DNA from: Candidatus Bathyarchaeota archaeon
Lineage (GTDB): Archaea; Thermoproteota; Bathyarchaeia; Bathyarchaeales; Bathycorpusculaceae
Length of the DNA stretch: 64,000 nt
Direction of reading: 5' to 3'
NCBI GenBank assembly: GCA_963767735.1
Contig: CAVYES010000004.1
Span: 527,342 to 591,341, forward strand
Below the pieces are notes generated by a model, which was not told the DNA's origin, made no database searches, and saw only the letters and a program-made list of their open reading frames with translations. Positions 31,663 to 40,986 of the stretch are shown here, piece after piece (position 1 is the first letter of the stretch; each line of letters opens with the position of its first letter). Made by a program: the position numbers and the translations under genes.

Positions 31663-32913
31663 ATGGCGACCGACGAAGTGCTTTCTTTACTTGTTGATTT
31701 CATTAACAAGAACTCTAACGTTGGTGACGCCCAATGGGACCAGAGGATGAGTCCACGGCTGCCTTTTAATCCGTACTCCAAAAGTTATGAAGAGCGGAAA
31801 ATAGTTGCTCACTACTTTTTACTGGTTGCATCCATACTTGATGATGCGGTGGTAGGTTACCCTGAAAACGCGAGAATGTTGCTTTCGTATTTCCATGAAG
31901 CTTTGGGCGACAGTTTTTTGGATATTAAAAAAGCACATATTTTTGAAGAAGAAATCGTGAAATCAGATTTTTATTATGATTTGGGTCCAAACAAAAAAGC
32001 GGCAGCCGAAATCATGGCATCCGTCAACACGTTTGTCAAAACTAATGCGGAAAAAAATTTGCTAAAATATTCTCAAAGATTTAGTAAGCCCAAGGATTTC
32101 GTTGATAACTTGGCACAAAACATCAATGCCTTTGGCGGACCCCGCGTTGATAAGGCGTGGATTTACATGCGGTGGATGGTGCGGCCTCAACCTGACCTGC
32201 ACATCTATGACCACCTTTTGCCAGAAGACCTCTACGTTCCATTGACCAAAGAAAACGCCAACGTAGCAGCGAGCTTTGGGATAATAGACTCAGCTTCGCC
32301 ATCGCTATGGCGAGACGAACACACCGCTGCAATTGCAAGACAAAAAATAACAGACTTTGCAAAAAAGCTCTTTCCCAAAGACCCCGCGAAGGTTGATTAT
32401 CCCTTCTCCCTCTTAGGCAGATGGCTTAGGAAAAAAAAATTAAACCGGTACACGTTGAAAACTGCACTTGATTTTCTTGACCGAATGCAAAAGATCACTG
32501 GTCAGTCCCAAGCTTATTACCAAAAGATGAGCCGTTACAAAAGTGGATGGGAGAAAAAAACCGCTCTGACTCTTTTAAGGATGCACATTGCTTTTGGTTA
32601 TGAAACCATTAGTTTCCCTTTGCCGAATAATGAAATTTACACGCCCGATTTCATTTTGGAAAAAACTGTTCAGGGGAGAAAAATTGTTCTTGAACCCCAT
32701 TTCGAAATGACTAAAAAGCAAGCTCGCAAATATGCATTATTCAAACGAACTTACGGTCACCGGTTCCTCTTAATACTTCTGCTGAAAAATGATTTAATTT
32801 CTTTGTATCATCAGCGAAAAATATTGACTGACGATGTGTGCGACGATGTTTGGCCGATTGAGTTTATTCATTTGTTGGCTGAGAAAATACGAAGAGGCAC
32901 CTACGGCGAATAA
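31663..32913 (+). CDS. DUF2400/TIGR02757-like domain fused to a T7 endonuclease I-like PD-(D/E)xK domain
   Basis: MRWMVR..DL..L.VPL...P.DP.K.D; then YKSGWE...YE...YTPDF...LEPH. Confidence 0.75.
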   Translation: MATDEVLSLLVDFINKNSNVGDAQWDQRMSPRLPFNPYSKSYEERKIVAHYFLLVASILDDAVVGYPENARMLLSYFHEALGDSFLDIKKAHIFEEEIVKSDFYYDLGPNKKAAAEIMASVNTFVKTNAEKNLLKYSQRFSKPKDFVDNLAQNINAFGGPRVDKAWIYMRWMVRPQPDLHIYDHLLPEDLYVPLTKENANVAASFGIIDSASPSLWRDEHTAAIARQKITDFAKKLFPKDPAKVDYPFSLLGRWLRKKKLNRYTLKTALDFLDRMQKITGQSQAYYQKMSRYKSGWEKKTALTLLRMHIAFGYETISFPLPNNEIYTPDFILEKTVQGRKIVLEPHFEMTKKQARKYALFKRTYGHRFLLILLLKNDLISLYHQRKILTDDVCDDVWPIEFIHLLAEKIRRGTYGE

Positions 32914-33103
32914 TCCCTATAACAACATCTTTTGTCCTAGTTTAACTCCTTTGGGATCATCCTAATTTAACTTTTAAACCACAACAGGCTCCCCCCACTA
33001 CTATTAACAGCCAACTTCAACAAGTAAAAAGCAAACACAAGCCTTTCTCAGCTAAACTGAACGCGTTAATTAAGCAGCATAGCTTTGTATTGCTGACGGC
33101 GCA

Positions 33104-33481
33104 ATGGTGCAGGACAATTTCAAACCGGTGGTAGTCTGGCTTATACTTAATGGAAAAACAGAAGAAGCGCTTACACTGCTAGCAAAAAACTACAAAGTTA
33201 ACGTTCCCACCCTAAAAGTAGGCTTACCGAAAGGACACAAAATTAAAGCGTTCGGATGTTACACCAACAAAAACGAAACCATTTCAGTGCTAAACAGCGA
33301 TATATTGGCAAATCCCTTTGTGATTATCCACGAGTTCTATCATCATCTACGAAGCAAAGGCGTAGATAAAATGCATCGGGGCACGGAGAAAAACGCTGAC
33401 AAATTCGCAGTTGAATTCCTGCGTGAATATGAAATGGCAGCAAAAAGGGCTCAGCAGATTACTCAAAATTTTCGTCTTTAG
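33104..33481 (+). CDS. Small HExxH zinc metallopeptidase-like protein
   Basis: IIHEFYHH...E..AD.FA. Confidence 0.75.
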   Translation: MVQDNFKPVVVWLILNGKTEEALTLLAKNYKVNVPTLKVGLPKGHKIKAFGCYTNKNETISVLNSDILANPFVIIHEFYHHLRSKGVDKMHRGTEKNADKFAVEFLREYEMAAKRAQQITQNFRL

Positions 33482-33887
33482 AATCTTCGCCTATTGGGTT
33501 AGTAATTGTTATTGGCAATTTCTCAGCGTTGCAATCATATGCTGCAATGCAGCCTTTCCCTTCAAATGGGTACCCTACAATCATGAGGATTCTCCCAAAA
33601 AAGTGATTCATGTCCACGTGGCTTGGTGAAATATTTCCTGAGGGATGAGAATGCACCGTGCCTACTAGCGAGAAATCTCCTGAAAACATGTACGGGTTAA
33701 AATTGGCAAACCCGCGTCCATGAGCAGCGAAAGGAGCCAAAACTAGATCCGTTATTTTGATGACGCCTTTGCTTTTTTTGCCCCTTAAGAGCAGAAAACT
33801 TTCCCGCGGGTAAAGCTGCTTAGCACCATTGTAAATGGTATCCAATATATCCTGGGGAACCTCAACAACTATTGATTTTGATGCCAT
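33459..33887 (-). CDS. JAMM/MPN+ metalloprotease
   Basis: PRE...HSHPSG...S..D. Confidence 0.9.
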   Translation of the reverse strand: MASKSIVVEVPQDILDTIYNGAKQLYPRESFLLLRGKKSKGVIKITDLVLAPFAAHGRGFANFNPYMFSGDFSLVGTVHSHPSGNISPSHVDMNHFFGRILMIVGYPFEGKGCIAAYDCNAEKLPITITNPIGEDSKDENFE

Positions 33888-34039
33888 GCCAAGAAAAATG
33901 GCAGTAGTTAGTTAATTACTTTGCTTTAAAACATACTAGTTCTTCCAATTGCTGCTACAAAAGCATCTTCGTAAAAAAATACGCGCAAACATTTTATTGA
34001 GGTAAGAACAGAATTAGCCAATTGGCGCTGGGAAATCGC

Positions 34040-34154
34040 GCCGGGATAATGCTTCGACAATTGTTGGGCATCCCGATGGCAGAGTGGTTAACGCGCGGGC
34101 CTTGAGAGCCCGTGGATCGCAAGGTCCGCATGGGTTCGAATCCCATTCCCGGCG
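34040..34154 (+). tRNA. tRNA-Ser(TGA) with a 30-nt intron (34048-34077) at position 8/9
   Basis: GCCGGGA/TCCCGGC acceptor stem; CGGGC-CTTGAGA-GCCCG anticodon arm; long variable arm; GTTCGAAT; G73; BHB at the intron ends. Confidence 0.88.
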
Positions 34155-34350
34155 CCCTTTTTTCCAATTTTTCTTTTTCAAAAAGGCTCTGGATCTTTAG
34201 TTCCCGTTTGAAAATGAAGCCATAGCTTGCTAGTAAATTGCTTTTTCAATCGATTGGTTATCTCAAGGGCTTGATTTGGAGGGAAATTGGAGCAAAGCTT
34301 TTAAGAATTGTGTAGATAAAAGAACGTTAACAGGGAAACGATGGGCTTAA

Positions 34351-34530
34351 ATGGTGAGATTAAATGTTATGAGGTTCGACACTGTGAGAGGGGCACAGGA
34401 GTTTCTGTTTAAAAAGTCAGGTTACAAAGTTTTCTTTTTTGACCCTTATCTCTACGCTGACCTCAAGAGCCCAGAAAAACACTTTGGTTTCACATTTATT
34501 TCCGATAAAACCTATAATTTAAGGATATAG
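34351..34530 (+). CDS. Putative 59-aa protein upstream of the GT2 gene
   Basis: MVRLNVMRFDTVRGAQEF...LRI*; ends 7 nt before the next ATG. Confidence 0.5.
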   Translation: MVRLNVMRFDTVRGAQEFLFKKSGYKVFFFDPYLYADLKSPEKHFGFTFISDKTYNLRI

Positions 34531-34537
34531 AATAAGC

Positions 34538-35731
34538 ATGATTATTATACTTGATTATTTAATTTCGGTGATTTGGCTTTCTCCTCTTCTATACCTGTTC
34601 ATCTTAGGGTTTGGCGTTCTGTTTAACAGGACAAGAAAGACCGCTCTCTTGAAACAGAAAGGTGAGGTTGATAAAAAAGTTGACAACATTATCTTTCAGA
34701 TACCAACGATTGGTAACGTCAAGTCAGTAAATAAAATATTGGAAACAGTAAAAAACTATGCTTTGCCTATGCCCGTGGAAACCTGGGTAATTATTGAAGA
34801 TTCGGATACACATAAACCTGAATACGTATGCGATAGGGTAGTTGTTGTGCCTCCAGATTTTGAGTGTGAAGACTTGTACAAAGGTCGGGCGTTAGAATAC
34901 GCTCGCAGGTTAAGACAAAAATTAGTTGATGAAGGCAAACTGGGACCAAACTACTTATTGCTTCAAGGTGACGATGATGCGGTGCCTAGCCTTGAGTTTA
35001 TAAAAGAATGCTTAACCGTTCAAGCTGACATTATGATTGGGACAATTACTCCACAAGTAAACGGCGTATGGAACACTATTCTCGACTACGAACGTTGTGT
35101 TGCATGCGGGATCTTCTGCAATTTTTTTACAAATTTGGGGCATCCGCTGTGGGCTCATGGCGAAGGAACCTGCATGAGTGGTCAAGTAGACAGGAACGTT
35201 TCTTATGACATAAGCACATTTACCCATAATACTAAGCACAAGTTGATACTCAACGAAGACTCTTTCTACTTCCACAAAGCTGCAGTAATGGGTTACAGTA
35301 TATTTAATTCGGAAGAAAAAATTTTAATATTGCCGCCATTAACTTTTGCCGATGCAGTAACACAGAGACGCAGATGGGTTTGGGGGCAAATAGCAATTTT
35401 AAAGCAGAAAATGCTGCCTCTTCCAAACAGAATTAGGCTGAGCATAATTGGCTTCTCAGGATTATGGCTATTCTCCATTGGAATGTTAGGGCTGCCACTG
35501 TATTATTTAGGCGTCGTTCAAATACCCGCAGTGCTCTTGCCAGTTCTTTTTACAACTTTAGGCATATGGCTTGCAATTAGAGCCTACACCATTGGAAAAT
35601 GCATGGGCTGGAAACACGCTATAGCAGGCACTGCAGCAAGCTACATAACAGTGGCAATGAATTTTATTGTTCATGTAATTGGACTTGCTAAGGGAGATCC
35701 AAAAAAATTCGAAGTAATCCGCAAAGAATGA
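34538..35731 (+). CDS. Membrane GT2 glycosyltransferase (egghead-like)
   Basis: KGRALEY, DDD, HGEG, ED, QRRRW. Confidence 0.88.
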   Translation: MIIILDYLISVIWLSPLLYLFILGFGVLFNRTRKTALLKQKGEVDKKVDNIIFQIPTIGNVKSVNKILETVKNYALPMPVETWVIIEDSDTHKPEYVCDRVVVVPPDFECEDLYKGRALEYARRLRQKLVDEGKLGPNYLLLQGDDDAVPSLEFIKECLTVQADIMIGTITPQVNGVWNTILDYERCVACGIFCNFFTNLGHPLWAHGEGTCMSGQVDRNVSYDISTFTHNTKHKLILNEDSFYFHKAAVMGYSIFNSEEKILILPPLTFADAVTQRRRWVWGQIAILKQKMLPLPNRIRLSIIGFSGLWLFSIGMLGLPLYYLGVVQIPAVLLPVLFTTLGIWLAIRAYTIGKCMGWKHAIAGTAASYITVAMNFIVHVIGLAKGDPKKFEVIRKE

Positions 35732-35799
35732 TCGCCAAAAACTTGTCAATTATGAAAAAAGACAGCTTGAATTAGCCAGGAATTCTGTACGGTGCTGTT

Positions 35800-36770
35800 C
35801 TATTGTTTCTCGCTTTCTTTTTTTCCTATTAGTGGCAAGCGTCGTTTTTGTATTTCTGGCGTGTTGATTATTTCAAGTATGGTTAATGTGACAACCGCAT
35901 ATATTGGAAGCCAATCGTAGGGGTACATCAGCGATATGGTTGTTCCATTCATTTCACCGTGCAAGAATGAAAATCCTATTCCATAGTAGAAGAAAAAAGG
36001 CAAATTTGTAACAGCAAGAAACGAGACAGCTCCCACAAGAAACGGAAATATACTTTTTCGGTTGTACCATAAAAGCAGCGGCAGCACAAAAAGCGCAGCA
36101 CGCGGATCAAATGAACCAAATGCAAATAGCAATGCTGAGAACCAAGGTCTTTTAGTGAATCCAAAGTACAACGCTCCTAGCAATAAGGTGGTTTGAAGTA
36201 CGTGGGCATTGCCTAAGACATAACCAGCGTAGTAACTGGGGGAGAAGGACTGGGGATTCAAGCTAAAGAACCGGAACAAGAGTAGGTTGAGTGCGTCTTG
36301 ATTTATTGGTGGCGTAGGGAGTGGTTGTATCAAAATAATGATAGCTGCTATAGCGGCGAAAACATAGTTTTTGTCTTTAGCCATTTTGTAAACAAAAAAA
36401 GCCAACGCTGGAATCAAAGCAAGCTGTAATAAGTCAAAAGCAGTAAATGCATTTTGGTAACTTAAGGCTAGAAACGGCGCAAACAGAATCAGGAACGAAG
36501 GAGCATACTTGAAGGTTTGCGGAGCCGGTTGAATCTTGTAATCTCCAGGTTGAACAGCACCCCAATAGATCGTAGTTGGATTATGGAACAAGCGCCATTC
36601 TCCAATGTAGTATGCTGAGAAATCTCTCGCCCATGTAGTCGATTCTGGCTTAAATGTTTCAGGGAATGCAAGGCAAAAGGTGATTGCGTTCAACGCCACG
36701 GCTATGAGGATGACTAAAATGATTTTCTGTTTCTGGGCAAGCTTGATTTATTTTCTTCTCCATCTTCCAT
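35800..36770 (-). CDS. GT87/DUF2029-like membrane glycosyltransferase; probable 1-nt frameshift near 36750
   Basis: DFSAYY, FKYAP..L...P; multiple TM helices. Confidence 0.7.
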
Positions 36771-37083
36771 TGCGAAGAGCAGGGCTAGAGCGATTTGTTT
36801 GATTAACAATTTATTTTTTGCCCAACTACACTTAAACGCTTATCACGCATTTTAAAACGTGCGCCAACATTTTAGCCTTAATGGCTTTGATTTGAGACGA
36901 ACCTTAACAGAACCTTGATAGTACCTGATTGCTTTTTGTATAGAACACGCTTCTTATTTTCAATGAGTAGCTCTGTCGCTATCAGTATTTCATAAAAACA
37001 TTTTTCTTTACTTTATCCACGCGCGTGCCCAGACGAATTTTGCCTTTCAAATAAATTAGTTGTTCTTTGGCCGCCGTTTTTTC

Positions 37084-37533
37084 CTAGTACTTGACGCTTA
37101 GGTAGAGTAGTACAGATAATGCGACGAACTCGAATAAGCCAGGCAGAAACTCGAATGGCCCAAGCCCATATGCTCTAAATCCAAATGGCGCTGAAATAAA
37201 GGGACTTGACGTCACATTTTGCACTAGAAAGACTAAAGCAAAAATTACAAGTCCGATTGTGAACTGAGAGCGAGTTTTAATATAGATATTAACGTAAATT
37301 ATTGCTAAGATTGCTAAGAGCGCTATGTTGATCGTAGAAATTATTGTATTTGCAACATAAAAATACTCGAAGTCGCCCGGAATAAAACGGGGCGATGGGG
37401 CTCGTATTTGCTGAAACCCCGGAAGATGCTGCTGACGCAAATATAGTGCCCAAAAAGCCGCAAAAATAGCAACCGCTGCCAGTATCACAACAATTAAGCC
37501 ATATCTTAACCGTCTATTCATTTGTTTCTCCAT
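37084..37533 (-). CDS. 4-TM membrane partner of the ArsR regulator
   Basis: Y..Y....S.FT.GL..F motif; operonic with the regulator. Confidence 0.8.
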   Translation of the reverse strand: MEKQMNRRLRYGLIVVILAAVAIFAAFWALYLRQQHLPGFQQIRAPSPRFIPGDFEYFYVANTIISTINIALLAILAIIYVNIYIKTRSQFTIGLVIFALVFLVQNVTSSPFISAPFGFRAYGLGPFEFLPGLFEFVALSVLLYLSVKY

Positions 37534-37552
37534 CTTGCCAGTTCTCCTTTTT

Positions 37553-37855
37553 CTACTTTTTCCCGATTTTCTTCATAATCTCCTCAAATAGCACATAATT
37601 CTCCTCCATGGTTTGCGTCAAAAAATAGGTTGCTCCATACCTGTCGCCGACAGAAGTAATTATTTTGTTTTTTTCCAGCACTTCAAGGTGATGCCTCATC
37701 GTTTTGTAATCCATCTTCAGCATAATCGCCAGTTGATTTGCGTTCTGAGGCGTTTCTTTTAATGCTTCAATTATTTTGGCACGGGTTGGTCCGCCTCGCG
37801 TTCCTGCGATAAGCCATCCAAGCAAGTATTTCAACGAGCGGATATTTGCAGACAT
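37553..37855 (-). CDS. ArsR-family wHTH regulator
   Basis: WLIAGTRGGPTR...YKTMRHHL. Confidence 0.9.
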   Translation of the reverse strand: MSANIRSLKYLLGWLIAGTRGGPTRAKIIEALKETPQNANQLAIMLKMDYKTMRHHLEVLEKNKIITSVGDRYGATYFLTQTMEENYVLFEEIMKKIGKK

Positions 37856-38079
37856 TCGTAGACTCCGTGCATGAAGAGATTCTTTGTCACTCTTAATCTG
37901 GCTGAAGTAATAAATGTGTTCTTTTAAAATGCCAAGTCACTATAAGCATAGGCTAAAATTAGGTACCAATTTAACGCTATATTAAATCATTTAATAATTA
38001 ATGGCTTTAGGGGTAAAGAGTTGAAAAAATAACGTATCTTCTGTTCATTTTAAAGAAAAAAGGGAGAATAGTTGGGAGG

Positions 38080-38754
38080 TCATGGACTGCTAGTGGATTG
38101 TATATTGAATGGCAATACCGCAGTTGCTGTTGTACCTGTTGAATTGGTGGCTTGGTAACCAACCATCTCGTTGAGGTTGAAGCTTGTGTTGCTGAACACG
38201 TTGCTTTCTAGTACTAGTAGAGTTACTGTTTGTCCTGAGGTGGCGAATGCGCCATTGAAGAGGGTAGATCCGCTTATGACTTGACTGCCTATGTTCCATT
38301 CACTCGGAATCTGAATGCTGACTTGACCTGAACTAGTGTCTAACAATAGAAGTCCTCTGGTTTCTGTGACGACTGAACCTGAAACTGATGCTATTGTAGC
38401 GTTCTGCAGGAACTCTCCTGAGAGTTGTGGACCAAATGTTTGTCGTCCATGCATCCCATGCATCATTCGTCCTTGGAACCCGAAGCCGCCTTGGACTGCG
38501 AAGTTGCCTGGGAATGTAAAGTTACCTGTGAACGTAAAGTTACCTGTGAACGTAAAGTTACTTGGAATCATTGGTCCGCCTGGATTACATGCGATCTGTG
38601 AAGGCTGAACGTCTACCTGTGGAACTGCGCTGTTGACTGCAGGAGTATTTGGGGATGCGGAAGCGCTAGCAAAGAGGACAGCTCCGACCACGCACAGCAT
38701 GACTCCTATGACTGCGATTGTTATAAGGCTCTTTCTCATGGTTTGTTGTATCAT
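38080..38754 (-). CDS. Secreted protein with GNFTFT repeats and a Gly/Met/His segment
   Basis: Signal peptide; 18-bp coding repeat at about 38510-38560. Confidence 0.8.
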   Translation of the reverse strand: MIQQTMRKSLITIAVIGVMLCVVGAVLFASASASPNTPAVNSAVPQVDVQPSQIACNPGGPMIPSNFTFTGNFTFTGNFTFPGNFAVQGGFGFQGRMMHGMHGRQTFGPQLSGEFLQNATIASVSGSVVTETRGLLLLDTSSGQVSIQIPSEWNIGSQVISGSTLFNGAFATSGQTVTLLVLESNVFSNTSFNLNEMVGYQATNSTGTTATAVLPFNIQSTSSP

Positions 38755-38886
38755 CTCCGCATATGGCTGTCCCCAAAAAGCTATTAAATCTTTTACCAAT
38801 CTTTTACCCTAATCAAGCCCTATTTCCTCCGAAGTCAAGTTTTGATGTTTCTATGAAGCTAATTGGATTTTAAAAAAAACTCTGAT

Positions 38887-39198
38887 TTAAATTCCGTCTT
38901 CGGGAAATATCAAATCATCGTCTTTATCAGCGTTAAAAAACAAATCAGCTTCTTTATCATCTACTGATTTTTCTTCACTTTTCTCAATGTTTGTTTCTTG
39001 CTGCCGACTTGCAATTTTCTTTCCGCACTTAACGCAAAAAGTAGCTTCGGGCGGATTCTCAGCGTCGCAGTAGCTACAATAAACTTTTGGCTGTGGCGTA
39101 TTTTTTGATTCTTTCCTTAACTTGCGAATTGAATAAGCAAGCAAACCTATCCCAATCAAAATGAAGACGATTGCAATGAGCCCTTCCCACAACTGCAT
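38887..39198 (-). CDS. Membrane-anchored zinc-ribbon protein
   Basis: TM helix plus CSYC..N...FC.KCG. Confidence 0.8.
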   Translation of the reverse strand: MQLWEGLIAIVFILIGIGLLAYSIRKLRKESKNTPQPKVYCSYCDAENPPEATFCVKCGKKIASRQQETNIEKSEEKSVDDKEADLFFNADKDDDLIFPEDGI

Positions 39199-39498
39199 AA
39201 GGCCATTTCCTTAAGGCTCTCATTGACTAGTTCAGTTTAAGTTTTTCGTTTTTTTAATTATCTGTACCCATCTATATTTTAAAAGCAAAATTTGTTTGCT
39301 GCTTTTTGAATTATGGTTGGATTTGGGTGAGATTTTGAGAAATTGTTTAATAAGACTTTATCAATAAGCATGAAAAGGCAATCAAGACGAGAGGAGAAAA
39401 TAAAGTAAAGGCCATAAGCCCAATTGACTGCCCAAATAAAATTCCCATTCGATTCTCTCTTGGTTGCCTTTCAAAGTAAAATCTGAAAGGTATGAAAT

Positions 39499-40986
39499 AT
39501 GGGTATAGTAAGTAGAGCGGTAAGAAATATTTCAAGAAGAAAAATGCGAGCGCTACTAGTAATAATCGCTTTAGGCTTTGCCTTATCAATTATGATTTCA
39601 ATTCCTGCAGGTGTTTTGGCTAACGAGAAGACAGCAAACACTGTGGCATCAAACTTAAGTGACCTAATTAATCAAACTGGCGCCACAATTAACCAAACAT
39701 TAACTCAAATTGACTGTAGTCTTGCGCCAAGCTTTTCAGGGTTCGGTTTCACTCCTCCAAGCGGCACGTCTGGTGGTACCGGAACGTATAGAAGCGGCGG
39801 TTACGGAGGAGGCGGATCCGGTGGCAGCGGCTTTACGCCGGGTCAATTTGGCGGCGGCACTGTAGGCGGCTATTTTGGTGGCGGTGCATTTAACGGCGGA
39901 CAAGCTACGCCTATGAACGAGAGCCTGTACAATGATATTAACACCAGTATATCTGGGGTTTCAGCTGTCGAGCCTATACTGCAAGCTTCTGAAGGAAATA
40001 ACGTAACAAGAAACTTGGATTTTAATGGATATTCACGTACTATTACAACCCTCGATGTCACATACACGATTGAAGGGGTCCCGTTGACTTCCGATCTTGT
40101 GAACAATTATCCGATTCTGCCTACAAACATAACTGCTGGAAGTAATTTACAAGCGGGCGATAGCGGAGATGTCTTGCTTAGCGAAAACAACTCAGCATAC
40201 TTCGGAGCAGGTGTAGGCGATTCAGTTAGCATTTTAGGTCAAAGCTTTACGGTGGTAGGCATCTACAGTCCATCATCAGTTTCGGACACGCAAACGTTAT
40301 ACATGAATCTATCTGACGCCCAAGAAATAACTAACAATACCGGATACATAACTAGTCTCACAGTCTTCGCGCAAAACAGTGGTGATGTTTCTGCAGTGGC
40401 TAGCGCCATAAGTACACTACATCCCGAGCTTACAGTTACTACAGCTCAAAGCCGCGAAAGCGCACTTCAAACCGAGGAATCGACCTATAATACTGAACTC
40501 GCAAGCGCGAACGCATCGGATAATACAACAAATTCAACTGCAATAGAAGAAATCGTAGTAGTGGTTTTAGCAACAAGCTTGATAGTGTTATTCGTAATGC
40601 TCTACACCGTCAAGGAGCGAACCAAAGAGATTGGCACGCTTAAAGCAATAGGCTTTAGCAACTCTACAGTCATGAGCCAATTTATGCTCGAAGGCATCCT
40701 CTTAAGCATAATCGCAGGTGTAGTTGGTATTGCAATTGGCATGGTGGCAGCACCCACAATTGCACAATATCTGCTTCCGCCCGTTGGCGCGGCACCAAGG
40801 GGAACGGCGGGAGCTGCGATCATTTCAGGCACCTCGAGATTCGGTGGATTAGCAGTGGCGACATTGACGCCCGAACTTGTACTGTTAGGTTTTGGTGTAG
40901 CTATATTACTTGGGACTTTAGGCAGCCTGTATCCAGCGTGGAGAGCAGCAAAAATAAGACCAGCAGAGGCAATGAGATATGAGTAA
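39499..40986 (+). CDS. MacB/FtsX-family ABC permease
   Basis: RN..RRK.R, ERTKEIG.LKAIG, PAWRAAK..P.EAMR. Confidence 0.92.
   Translation: MGIVSRAVRNISRRKMRALLVIIALGFALSIMISIPAGVLANEKTANTVASNLSDLINQTGATINQTLTQIDCSLAPSFSGFGFTPPSGTSGGTGTYRSGGYGGGGSGGSGFTPGQFGGGTVGGYFGGGAFNGGQATPMNESLYNDINTSISGVSAVEPILQASEGNNVTRNLDFNGYSRTITTLDVTYTIEGVPLTSDLVNNYPILPTNITAGSNLQAGDSGDVLLSENNSAYFGAGVGDSVSILGQSFTVVGIYSPSSVSDTQTLYMNLSDAQEITNNTGYITSLTVFAQNSGDVSAVASAISTLHPELTVTTAQSRESALQTEESTYNTELASANASDNTTNSTAIEEIVVVVLATSLIVLFVMLYTVKERTKEIGTLKAIGFSNSTVMSQFMLEGILLSIIAGVVGIAIGMVAAPTIAQYLLPPVGAAPRGTAGAAIISGTSRFGGLAVATLTPELVLLGFGVAILLGTLGSLYPAWRAAKIRPAEAMRYE

Noticed and set aside
34040-34080. Alternative BHB register (GGGA/TCCC helix, bulges TAA and GAT), or a tRNA start at 34027
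   Set aside because: The first would leave two extra nucleotides between the acceptor and D stems; the second forms no valid BHB
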